From Euglena gracilis (lineage: Eukaryota): DNA of 64,000 nt. The stretch lies in NCBI GenBank assembly GCA_039621445.1, contig CP154954.1:4330714-4394713 (forward strand). Reading direction: 5' to 3'. Every line of letters starts with the position of its first letter. Positions within the stretch are counted from its first letter, which is position 1. Positions 37,201 through 49,158 of this stretch are shown in pieces. Under the pieces are notes generated by a model, which did no database searches, was not told the origin of the DNA, and saw only the letters and a list, made by a program, of their open reading frames with translations. The position numbers and the translations under genes are program-made.

Positions 37201-40200
37201 CTTTGGCTGAAATGCTGAAGGTTTGGCACATTTGACGAGGACCCTTAGCCACCAGGGGATTCCCCAGGTGGTGTCCCCAGATGGTCGGACCCCTGGCTGG
37301 ACAAGACCATTGCACCTCAGAAAAAACAATGGCCTGAAAGATGAAAGAAATCTGCCCAAACGAAAGCCAAGAAGGCAAATTTGGGTGGAGTGGTTGGCAT
37401 AATCAGCAGGCCACAAAATGCCAGCAATCTGGGACCAAGCTTTCCTTAACAGCCCTTGACTATCCACTGTGTGATGAAAACCTTGAAACCTCATCCCAGG
37501 TCCCAGGTGAAAATTTGGGACCAGGATCCTTTTGTTGCGCACGTGCGATTGGCACAACACGTGCCAACCCAACCGAAATGCTACATCCACAGATGGACAC
37601 CACAGAGTGCACACACCGTGACCACTCGGATGCCAAATTCACTCGAAGAAGGACAGCTGCTGGTGGCTGCTGGTGGTTCTTTGTCCAGAAATAAGCACGC
37701 CACTCTTTCTTTCAGTCCTTTGTGAGTCTGCATCCCTGGGGCACAAACCATAAGGCAAATGCTTGCACTGTACTTTGTGTCCATGACAAAACGCAGAAAG
37801 CTGGGAAATCAAAAAAAATATCCGAGTGAATCTTCAAATATCAACTTTTAATTTCAATTTAAAAATTTTTTATTAATATTCAATTTTTTTTTAATTTTAG
37901 TTAAATTTGTTTATTTTTGAAGAAGCACCACCACTTGAAGCATATACGCCTCTCACGAAACGAGCATGTGTTCAAAATGCAAAAATGAATATGCAAAACA
38001 TGCGAACAAATATGACCGTTTTTGGAGATCGTGTGTAGGGGGGGGGCAAATTCTGCAACAGAGTACCCAGCCAGAGGTTACTTTTTAAGGTGCATTAAAA
38101 AACTTAAAAAAAACCTTTAAAACCGGTTTAAAAATGTTTGGTCAAAATGCTTTAAAAAATTAAACACCTGAAAATGAAGTCACAAAATCTCGGCAAAAAG
38201 CAAGCCAACTCCGGGAAAAAAAATGATCTCTGGCATCGGTGGAAATTGTCTATCCAGGGGCAGGGAGATATTCCGGTCGGCCAAAATTTTTATTCCGGGG
38301 TTATATTCAGCTTTATTCCGGGTTATTCCGGTTTATTCCGGAATTTGTTCCAGTTTATTCTAGTCAACCTCTGCCTAAATGGACGTAAGACTTTTTGAAG
38401 TACAATTCGAGCTCACCCGGGCTTCGGGAAAAGGAACGCAATCCTTGGTTGTTCAGCCCCACCAAGTGGCCATTTTGGTCTGCACATCACAGCAGATCCC
38501 CGCCTTTTCAGGAAAAACCAGCTGATAAAAATTGGTGCACAGGGTTTTCTCTTGAGGCAGGTCCCTGGCACCATTTCCTTTTTCTACTCAAAAATTGTCC
38601 TGCTGAGTGCTTGTTGCTTGTTCCAACATGCGGTCAACTGAACGAAACCTTATAAATACTGCACTCGTTGTGCAGTGTAATGGGGTCACTTTGGCAGCGA
38701 AGCGAGATTCGACGTCCCCATTACAATACAGCATGATGCTGGCCTTCCGCAATAATGGCCTTGATGTCACACGGTTCCAATCAGGGGTTTCTTAAGGACT
38801 CTCCCCACGTCCAGCCTCCGGATGGAAAAAAAGGCTGCTGGCTGGAAACGAGCTGCTGGCTGGACCCCCCCCCCCGGGGGATAGGGGGGGGAGGGGGGGT
38901 CCGGGGCTGGAGGGGGCTGGGCTGGGCTGGGTCGATGAAAAACGAAATTTTCTGAAACATTTTTGCCTTATCGACATTTTGATGGATGGAGCTAGGTCAA
39001 GGCTGGGGGGCTGTGATGGAGGAAGCTGTGATGAGGGGAAAAATGCAGGGCAGCCCAGTTGGCCGGCCAGGTCAGCCTACAGCCGACTGGCCCGGCCTTC
39101 GGCCGGCTGGCCCAGCCTCTGGCCGGGCTGGACCCAACTTTATTTCACCCCGGGGGGCGGGCTCCCAGCCCTGCTGTCTGGCTGGACCCTCCCCCCGGGG
39201 GATAGTGTCCCCTCCGGCTTCAGAAATCCCCTGTATCCAATACGGCAGCCTTCGAAAGAACTCTCTCCGCGCAACTTATTGAAGATGGTGTTGCCAACAA
39301 TTAAGTTAGCGTTTTTCAAAAAAAAAGTCAGACCGGATGCCTAAGTTGAATTGAGTTCCTTGCGCTCAACACGGCTGGCCCCTCTCCACCACGTACCATA
39401 CTTCTCCTGTGATTGTGCACACTTCATGACCAATGTCGTTCAGCCACCCATCAAACATCACGTACAGCAAACAACCGTTTCTGCCGTCTTAAAAGCTTGC
39501 TTGATGGCCCGGAGATGCTTGTTCAACAATTTTGTCAAATTTGGGTCCAATCGCAAATCGGATGCAGACCTGGAAAAAAATCTTAACCAAAATTGAAGAA
39601 AACCCTGAACAATCCGTACACATCAGTGCACTTACGAAGGAACCCCTGATTGGAGGATGATCCACTTTGCCCAATGGGATCGCTTGCCACAAAAAACGCT
39701 GCAGTCAAATCAGCATTAATATTGCCCTTGTTCACGTCCCTTTGGAAAGCACTCAGGGAAAAACATTCACTTCTGCCTCTTGCTTCACTTCTGATACGCC
39801 AAAAAAACTATGTGTGCCCGACTGGACGTTAGTCATCGATCAAACTGAGTTGCTTTCACACCTTTATGTTTTGCAGAAGCCACGTGGTTACTATTCTAAA
39901 TTGCTTTGATGTGGTTTTAAATAACTGGGTTTCATCGTATGTCCTTTGCGAACACAAAACACTCCCTTGGGATAATCCTGAATGTGCAATCAAGCTGTCA
40001 TTGCACTCCTACATTTCGCCTTATTCACCCATCCTTTGGAAGATCTTGTCTTCTTCATTGGTGGTCCACCCTCTTCATCCGATCCATCTGACATGAGATT
40101 GACTGAGGAAAACATGAAATCACATCAAACTTCACATTCATTGCCCTTGTGTCTTGCAGAATTTTCATACCACCGGCTGGCACTTTTATTCCGGTTTACA

Positions 40201-40733
40201 CCGGACCAGAATATCTCCCAGCCCCTGGTTCATCAAAAAAAAAAAAAAAGGGGTTGCAAATGCTTTTTAATTTGGATCCTAGTTCGATGTAGGGACGGCC
40301 CTTGGACTTCCCTTCGAAAAGAGACGTCTTATAATTTCTTGGATAATTTCCCTTGGAAAATAAACGCCTTAAAAACCAAAAAAAATACACTTTACGACGT
40401 AAAATATATATGTAAAATATATGTATATATACTTATCTATACATACATACATATATACATACATACATACCTACATACCTACATACCTACATACATACAT
40501 ACATACATACATACCTACCTACCTACCTACATACATACATACATACATACATACATACATACATACATACATACATACATACATACATACATACATACAT
40601 ACATTCATACATACATACATACATACATACATACATACATACATACATACATACATACATACATACATACATACATACATTCATACATACTTACATACAT
40701 ATGCAAACGCCTTAAAGATCTTAAAAAATAGAG

Positions 40734-40765
<32 letters not shown>

Positions 40766-43700
40766 CATACATTCATACATACATACATACATACATACAT
40801 ACATACATACATACATACATACATACATACATACATACATACATACATACATACATACATACATACATACATACATACATACATACATTCATACATACTT
40901 ACATACATATACAAACGCCTTAAAGATCTTAAAAAATAGAGTTTACGATTTTTTTAAAAAAAAAAACTCTCTTCCCAGCACCCTGCAGAGGCCCTGGCAG
41001 GTCCCGCGCCATGGGCAGCGTCAGGGCGGCCACGGCGCCCTTCGAGGCGGCGTACGCAGCCTGCCCGCTCTGCCCGTCGAAGGCGGCAATGGACGCAGTG
41101 TTGACCAGCACGCCACGCTGCCCCACAGCGTCCGGGGCAGTGGCCCGCATGCGGGCTGCGGCCAGCCGGCAGACGTTGAATGTGCCAGCCACGTTGACGG
41201 TGAGGACCTGCGAGTGGGGACGGGGGGAGGTCAACCTGTGGAACATGTGATGTGTGGGGTGCATGTGTCACGCATGACAGAGTTGCCACGTGTGGCACGT
41301 ACGGTGTGGAAGGTGTGGCACGTTTGGCAGGTGTGACTCATGAGGCACGCGTGGCAAATAATATACCCCTTCAACCAACCACTTGCTCTCGTAACCGAGA
41401 ACATTAAAAAAAAAACAATACTTTCAATTGCTCAAAATTTTATTCATAATCCATGCTCCTGTGATATGGTCGTGCAACGTTCCTGTGCAGTGAGTCGTTG
41501 AGGTGGGGGGAAATTCAAAACAACACAACCGGTAAAATAAACACCGGGGTTTTTTTCAGACCGGGGGGAGGGGGTACAAGGGATCCACCCCCCTACCCCC
41601 CCCCCCCCGGGGGGAGGGGTCCAAGACTAAAAAAAAACCCCTGACACCGACATATCGCCTAGGCAACGTCCTTCCTCTTTTTTATCTGGCAAAAAAACGA
41701 CAAGTTGATGGAAACTTTGTGGGTTGCCAGCAACTGTGGGTAACAAAGCAGCCACGCGCGTGGCGGACCTTCAAGAAATCATTGAGTTTGTGGGGCCCCT
41801 TCTTGCCCACCGTCTTGGAGGCCACCAGGATGCCCGCACAGTTGACTGCCACGTTGACCTCCGACTGAAAGGTGCGCTGGGCAAGGTCAGGGGACAGCCT
41901 GTCTCCGGGTGCTGGGAGTCCTGAGTGGAAGTCGACCATGTATCCCAGAGGACAGAGCAGGACTCTATGGGAAGGCCTGCTCCAGGAACGGACCCGCCCA
42001 CAAGATAACTGTTCAAACAAAAAAAATTCATTTCCAAAATGAAACAATGAGGTCGTTATGGGTTGGCTAACTCAGGACAGCCAGGCAGGCAGGAGGCGAG
42101 CTTTGCCACTCCACCACCCCATCCGAAACAACAGCCATTTGGAATCGTGGGGGTGTGCCCCAGCGGCGGCCTGCTTCAGCGCCGCCTCCACATCCGCCTC
42201 GGAGGTCACATCCACGGGAGCAAATGCCGCGTTGGGGCCGAGCTCCTGGTGTGAGGTGGGGACAGGGAAACAGAGGACACCACGGGTAGTGCCATGATAA
42301 CAAAAATGAATGTGCATGTGAGAGCGGAAACACGGAATGAATAAAAGGCCGGAAGGCCAGAAGACGTCGGTTTTCTTTTGTAAAAATACACAATGTTTCT
42401 TTGTGTCTGCCACAAGGACTCAAAAACCGAAATAAATGAAATGTCTGAATATGCATATATTTGGGTGACTCTTGGAGGCTATCCCTGCTAGCGTGCACCT
42501 CTAGGCACTTAGCATTTTGGCGGTGTTGCCTGAATTTGCCGGGATTTGTCGGGATTTGAAAAATGGTGGTGGGGTCCCAGCCACATGAGTAATGGCCACA
42601 TCTGGGTCACCTTTGGCTACTGTTGCCCAAAATTGTTGCCATGTTTGTCCATTTTTGACTCTTTCTGTCACTACTAAACCACTTTTGGCCACTCTTGGGT
42701 ACTTTTTTGCTATTGTTGATTGTTGTTATTCACTTTGCCAAACTTTCGGCCACGTTTTGCTGCCTTGGACTGCCTTCCACTTCTGCTGACTGTTGGCTAC
42801 TTTTTGCTGCGTATGGCTTCAAAAAAGCATAAAAAACATCTTGCAATGATGCTCTTTGCAAAAATTATTTGCATGTTTGCTTGGTATTTTGTTGGGATTT
42901 GTTGGGATTTGTCGGGATTTGTCAGGATCTGTCACTGGAGGTGCTTGCTGCTAGCAACCCCCCCCCCCGGCACGCCAGGTGGTCCACTGGTATTCCAAAT
43001 TTGAACTAGGTGCAGCCGAGCCCAGGAGCCCAGCCCCCCCACCAGAGGGGGGGGGGGGGTACTGCGAACCCTTAAGCCAAGGCTCACCCCTGATGAACGT
43101 TTGCCCCTCGTGCCACTGGCCAAAGCGTCACGAAGGGTCCCGGACCTGGGCCAACCGGGCGGCGCCGGACGACGGGAGGTCGGCCAGCACGACACGGGCG
43201 CCCTGCTCCACGAACCGCAGTGCGGTGGCCCGGCCGGGGGGCAGCCATCCCTTGCCACGGGGGGGGGGGGGGGGGCTGGTTGGGGGCCAAAGGCTGCCGA
43301 GAACGGGCAAATAATGACCCCAAGCGCCTGAAAGGGGGGAACACTGGTCAAAATTGCGTCAAAATGAACAGAAATGGCCCAAAGTTGGTATCACCGAATG
43401 GGTTGTGACCAGGGTGTCGCTTGGTGACACCCCGGGGGGGGGGGGGTCCAGCTCACAGGAAAAAATGGCCTGGCTGGAAAAAATTCTGTTTGCTGACCCC
43501 CCGTGGAGATCCCAGAGCTGAAACGGGGCCCAACCAAGGGTCGAACACCTAAAATGCCGAAAAGATGCAGAAAACTGCTTTTTGACCAAAAAAAAAGCCC
43601 TTGGCCCTGGCACATAACAAAATGATTTCGCCCGATTTCGCCCCTGGCACATAACAAAATGAATAAATAAAATAAAATAAAACTATATGACCTGGGGTGG

Positions 43701-43979
43701 GGTGGAAAAAGGCTGTACCGCTTGAAGGATGGCATAAGAACTTCTGAAGATGCCCTCGGTGTGACACCCTGGCATCCGAACCACAGAGCATCAGGGGGAA
43801 AATGGTTTTCAAAAACGTATTTGCATTCACGGACAGAAAGACAACACGCATGACCGCAAACACATAACGTTTTGCATGCAGTCACCAGCACATTGTTGGC
43901 CAAGTCAGTTAAGGGCTGCCTGGGCAAGTCCCTGCGCAGCACCAGTGACCAAGGCAACCACACGAGCCAGCGGAGCCAT
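34268..43979 (-). CDS. HSD17B10: 3-hydroxyacyl-CoA dehydrogenase type 2 / 17-beta-HSD10 (SDR family), 9 exons, 258 aa
   Basis: Exons: 43926-43979, 43146-43235, 42171-42245, 41769-41882, 40999-41207, 37617-37644, 35934-36010, 34884-34983, 34268-34297 (sum 777 nt; exon3/4 junction ambiguous by 6 nt). Motifs [102 protein letters not shown]. Confidence 0.95.
34298..34883 (-). other. Intermediate intron (HSD17B10 intron 8): GT 5' end, nonconventional 3' end
   Basis: GTC-CAGGGCAC ... GTGCTCTG-AGGCC; removal gives [13 protein letters not shown]. Confidence 0.85.
34984..35933 (-). other. Nonconventional intron (HSD17B10 intron 7)
   Basis: GGC-CAGACGATGGCTT ... GGGCCATTTGCTG-CGTCC; removal gives VLAQQVPFP. 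Confidence 0.85.
35125..35390. repeat. (TA)n/(GA)n microsatellite in HSD17B10 intron 7
   Basis: Direct reading. Confidence 0.95.
36939..37167. mobile_element. hAT-like MITE in HSD17B10 intron 6
   Basis: CAGGGGTTTTTTTTAG ... CTTAAAAAAAAACCCTG; perfect TSD GGAGGGAT. Confidence 0.88.
38782..39233. mobile_element. hAT-like MITE (family A) in HSD17B10 intron 5
   Basis: CAGGGGTTTC .. GAAATCCCCTG; TSD GTTCCAAT/TATCCAAT; internal similarity to 4019-4477. Confidence 0.82.
40435..40946. repeat. (TACA)n microsatellite, tandemly duplicated with its flank
   Basis: AAACGCCTTAAAGATCTTAAAAAATAGAGTTTAC occurs after each of two TACA arrays. Confidence 0.9.
43236..43925 (-). other. Nonconventional intron (HSD17B10 intron 1)
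   Basis: GCC-CAGGCAGCC ... GGCTG-CCCCCC; removal gives TGAAQGL|GRAT. Confidence 0.8.
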
Positions 43980-44439
43980 TGAGGGGGTGACCTTGGATGG
44001 CAACGCGCAAGCTGATGGGGCGAAGGCCACAGTGTGTGTCACACGCGTTCGTTGTCAATTTGTGTTTGTGTTCTTGTGTTTGTCTGCTGGCCCCCTCGTG
44101 TTTTGTGTCGTTGTGTTTGGAAACAGGTTACCTGGGGTTGCACCTCTGGGATCGAAAGTCAAGGCCGAAGGCCAACTTTTGGGGGGGCCAAATTTGTTTG
44201 TTTAGAGAAGCGGGCCAAGAGCCGGTGGGGGGAACCTGGCAGCATCCTTCCAGCAGCAATTCTCATGACTGTGAAGCGGTCGTGGCACAGCAGGGCACGG
44301 CAAGGTTGCGAGGTGTTCCCCAAAACGGGGGGCATGGGAACTGATGTTTTCAAAAATGGCCGGGAAAGCGGCCAAACCATCGGGTTCAGCAATGACAACA
44401 TTTCGCCAGGTCTTGCCGTTTTGGAGCAAGGTTTCAAAG

Positions 44440-47400
44440 CGGTGCCTAGCGGTGCAAGTGGTGCCAGCACTGCTCTTTTAGATATCCGATCTGATGATGC
44501 CATGGCGCAGCAGATGTTTGAAGCATCTGCCTACCAGGCCGACCTGGCGGCCCGGCCCGGCCCGGCCCAACGGCCTGGCTGCCCGCCCAGCCCAGGGGCA
44601 CAACCGGCCCTGGCAGTCTATGCCAGAGGGTTCCAGGGGCTTCTTTTACGTCGCCCAGTGATTTCGTTTGATTCCCGAACAGTTTGGAGAGATTTTGAAG
44701 TTTCGATTTTTTGACCCAAAGAATGGCCCCGAAAACGGCAAATCAAAATGGCCAAAAAAAAATGGGTGGGGCAGTTGAGGAAAAAGGAAAGAGTTGTTTG
44801 GACACTTCCTTCATTTTCGAGATTTGAAATTATTGGCTTTTGACAAAAAAAAAAAAGCGGCCCAAAAACACTGTTTGGGCCACAGACGACAGAGGCCCTC
44901 TAGGGGTACATTTGGTCTAATTCAGACTTCCGGAATAATATAATAATCCTACTTTTTTTCGAGATATTTTGAAAAATTTGGAGTTTTTACAAAAAAAAAT
45001 GGCCCGAAAAAAACCTCACAATAGCCGATTTGGGGGGCTATAGACTGCCTCCAGGGGAACATTTGGTCTGACCGACACTTCCGGAAACAACAGAAACAAA
45101 CGTTTACTCGAGATATTTTCGAAAAGTCTATTTTTTGACCGAAAATCCCACCCCGGCGAAATGGCAGAGTTGAAATTGGGGTTGGCGAATCCTGCCCAGT
45201 CTGGACCCCTTCGCGGGTGAACAACTCGGGCCCGGTGGGCAGTTGGGGGTCAAAAGGAGGTGATTCGGAAACTCGGGATCCAGTCGCTCGCGACTGAAAT
45301 AAAAAATTCTGGGAACGAGTCCCAGCCATGGTGATAATCCGTAGTCTTCATTACCTATCCAGGGGCGGAGTGCTTCTACCCCTCCTTTTCCCTGGTGATA
45401 AGCTTCGCTCTTACTTTGAAGAGAGAAGAAATCAGCTACCCCCTAATTGCTTGCCATCTATCCCTGCCCGCCCCCTGTGGGTTGGTGGGTGGGTTCCAAC
45501 CTCTGGCCATTCATTCCCAAAAGCTACCCCTTCCGCAAGGCTGGTGAAGCAAAACTGGGAGCACAGCGGGTGAGCCGATGGCCCAGGGCTGGTCGGGGAG
45601 GGCAAGCTGGCGGCCATCCCAGAGCCCCTGTGGGGGGACGGGGCAGCCACAACGTTGGCAGCCCGAGGCATCGGCACGCCTGGGGTCCCGTGGCAGCGGT
45701 GGCGGCAGGGCGGTCCTTGAAAAAAAATGTCTAAGAACAAACCTTTGCTCTCCCCGGGACGCTGGAAATCCAGAGCAAAAAGTGGTGGAAAACTGACAAA
45801 TTCTCGGCGAAAGCGGGAGACACGGGTGAAACCCCAAGAGCCGCCTGACAGCTTTGGACCATCGCCCTTGCACCAAAATCATTAAAAAAAGATGTTTTCG
45901 ACTTTCAATTTCGAGCCCGTTTGAGCCGGGCTAGCTGTTCAATGACGGTGCTCAAGGGTAGGTCCTTTAATTTAAAAAAAAAACACCACCTGGCCGGTCC
46001 TTTGAGGACCGTCGTGGGTGGGCCACTGGGCCACTGGGGCCAATGGGGTTAGGCAGGGCCGAGGGGGAGGTCGGTTGATGTGTGCTCTGGGGTGGGGGGA
46101 GGGGGGCGGGAAAAGGTGCCATTGGTGACGGGGCGGTATTTCCCCAACCCATAAAAGCTCAGGGATTCTGGCAGGGTTTAAAAATGATCGCCTCCTCGCC
46201 CCGTCTTCTGGTTCGGTGCCCTGACAAAAACTTCGGGGGCGTACGAGATTGCATTTACGGCTGACAACTACGCCGGGTATTTTTGTCTTCGTGAAGCGTG
46301 TGATGTTCCAAAGAAAGAATCCCTTTCCTGGGGCAGCGATTGCCATGAAGAGGGTCTGGCATTTAGATGCCAACCACACCAACCTCGTCCTGGACCACAC
46401 CAACCTCGTCCTGGACCACACCAACCTCGTCCTGGACCACACCAACCTCGTCCTGGACCACACCAACCTCGTCCTGGACCACACCAACCTCGTCCTGGAC
46501 CACACCAACCTCGTCCTGGACCACACCAACCTCGTCCTGGACCAGTTGGACGGGGGCTGGTTAACCCTGCTCATACAAACACTGGGGTGTGCTATCACAG
46601 CCCTGGGGAGAAGGGTGGCTTGGGTCAGAAAAAGAAAAGCAGGGGAAATTTGGTGTGTCTTGTTGGTGAAGCCGGGGAGGAGGAGAGAGCTGGGTTGGAT
46701 GAGAGCAGTGGCAACCGCTTGGCTTTGGGTGTGGTGAGATGGCTGGCAAAAAAAGGCAGAAACCACACAAAATCATTAGAGAGGATGGTTAGTTGGGTCA
46801 TAAGAAAAAAAATGAATAAATAAATGAATGAACGAATGAATAAATAAAAAATGGCAGAAAGAAATTGCATCCTCTCACCTTGAGAGTCCCCACCGTGTAG
46901 GGTCCATTTGTAAAACGATGCAGGGTCGTCGACCGCCTAACATTTTTAACCAGGGCTCCCAACTGTAATTTTCCTTTGGCCAACGCAACCAACACTTTGC
47001 CCCCCGGCCTCCTGAGCCGTGGATTGCATTCGTCACAAAGATGTGGTTAAGGTTTCAGTTAGCCGTCGGATTTGGGGTAAGATTTGGGGCTTAAACCTAA
47101 GGGACTAGAAAAAAAACACGAAGCAAAAATATGGAGGACTGAAAATGAATTCTTCAGGGAATGCAAAGCCAGTTGCTCAATTAAACAAGGGTCAGGGAGT
47201 GCAGCAGTCAGAAGGAAAATAAACAAATAGACAGGAGGAGGCCACAATGAAGTGAATGCTGCGGTACGCCAGCAAAATTCTTTGGGCGTGGGCAAAATGC
47301 AGGAGTGTAGGTGGCTTCCCGGAAATTGAGGCACGTCAAATAATGTGAACAACACCGCTTGCCAAAAACACATATCATCACCGCATCCCAGATCTAAGAA

Positions 47401-48375
47401 CCACATGAATATCACACGACCATGCTGAATCATGAAAAAAATGATTCAATAAGAGACACCAATAGACAATTGAGAAGAAGAAACAAACAAAGGAGGCATG
47501 GGGCAACGACACACTGTGTGGCACCATTGACAGCAATGGCAAATGCGGGTCCAAATCTTTACGTTTGGGGGGGGAAAGCAGAAAGCGGTCACTTTGGGAC
47601 ATATGGTCAATTCAGTTTGCTGTCCCAGGGCAACTTTGAGTTTCCTGGCAGAGCTTTGGAGTGCGGGTGCACCGACACCATTGTCCCTGGGCAAGGAGTC
47701 AAGACTAAAAGCAGCCGCCGTCACCACAGGATCCAATGGGCAGTCGGTGCCACGATGGACAAAATGCACATACGGCGGAGAAGGTTGGCCCGTGCACGGT
47801 GGGTCAGGGGCAAGCCAGAAACGGCCGGGGGAGACCTCTCGGGCAGGCGCAGCGCACGGAATTTTCGGTGACACAGACCCCCTACAGACCGCCGTTCAAA
47901 AACCATAACTCGCATACGAATGTTTGAAGCAAAATAAGGACTGCAAAATATTGATGATGGTGGACTTAGCAATACCTCCCAAATAATATCCCCCCTAACA
48001 ATGACCCCCCCAAACAATATTCTGCATCCTGGGCACAAAACAGCCCCACTTCAGCAGGGCGGACTTTACGCAAATAAAAGGAGAGTAATTAAAAACCTCT
48101 GCCGTCCAAATAATACTCCCAAGGGGAATATTATTTTGATGGTCGACCTCCCCACATGCAGCACCCACAGAGTTTCAGGGATTCACAAGGCCCTGAACCC
48201 AGGATGCACCTGCTCAGCCACGTATACGACAGGAGCAGAAGGCAATCGCCGGGGGAACTGAAGACAAAATAAATAACACAAACACGAATACTGAGAAAGC
48301 CCACCGATAAAATACCTCATCGATGCCATAACAAACCCTCGACGTGCTTGATGGTCCAGATGAATGTATGTTATC
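44440..48375 (-). CDS. Possible unknown multi-exon gene between RAB21 and HSD17B10
   Basis: GC-rich blocks with AG/GT-like borders at ~48315-48374, ~48210-48257, ~47775-47881, ~45570-45715 and ~44480-44617. The first three join in frame (DNIHSSG..YGIDE|FPRRLPSAPVVYVAEQ|GSVSPKIPCAAP..). No recognisable homology and no start codon established. Confidence 0.25.
46373..46544. repeat. 21-bp minisatellite, 8 perfect copies
   Basis: (ACCACACCAACCTCGTCCTGG)x8. Confidence 0.95.
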
Positions 48376-49158
48376 CTGAAATTTTCATGGTTTGGATTTG
48401 GAACTCTGAAGACGATTATTTCTTTTGTTCCAACGAGAGAAAACACCCTGGCAAACCACAAGATCAACTCGCACAAAGAACACAAGATCCAAAAAAAAAA
48501 CTTGGGTTTATGGGAGACGTTTGCTTGGTCAACAAAAACAAGGAAATAAGGGTCCATTGGTTTCCAATTTTCCAATTTTTTTTTAATGAAACGATACGTC
48601 AGATTACTGATTGCTGTTTTAAACATGTCTCCGCCACCTCCAATTTGAACACTATTATAAATTACATTGCAGATATGAAAGCTTGGCAGACGTTTCAAAA
48701 TAAAAATACCAAATCGAAAGCAATTTGAGGTTTTCTGGTGCCCAAAGGGAGAATTGAACCCCCCCTTCCCAGGTGTGAAATCGACAAAAAAGCAGTCAAC
48801 CAGCCCTTCTCCCTCTTCACTTTTAAGCAGACTGTGTTCTCTGCATGATGACAAATGCCAAAAAAAATGAAAAATAACAAAATTTGGACTCTTTTTTAAA
48901 GAAAAGTCAGGTATTTCCAACAATTTTGGCCTGGTATCCGGCCCTTGACCATCCACGAAACCGATTTGAAGAGACCCCCCGCCTTGGGCTTTCAGGGAAT
49001 TCTGTGCAGCCCTTGGATGGGCAGGATGGAAGACTCAATAGAGTTTCCAAGATTCCCATTTAACTGCTTGTGGGGGGGGGCATGAGTACAGCAGATGACT
49101 CAACCACAAAAAGCTCAATCCGCCCAACACTCCCCTGGGGCACACACACCCAGAGGGC

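Larger units (their letters stand above)
37645..40998 (-). other. Nonconventional intron, 3.35 kb (HSD17B10 intron 5)
   Basis: GCC-AGGGCCTCTGCAGG ... CCAGCAGCTGTCCT-TCTTC; 15 of 20 positions pair in the +4/-6 register; removal gives ARDLSEFGIRV. Confidence 0.85.

Noticed and set aside
40421-40939. HTYI, CV, ER, IYLS and YI repeat ORFs here and at 9.8, 13.8, 25.4, 35.2 and 62.4 kb
   Set aside because: Translations of microsatellites.
44491-44512. CTGATGATGCCATGGC as another hammerhead core
   Set aside because: No GAAA after the short stem and no stems I or III.
46373-46544. CRISPR-like array or HTNLVLD-repeat protein
   Set aside because: Contiguous identical units with no spacers or cas genes, in a eukaryotic context.
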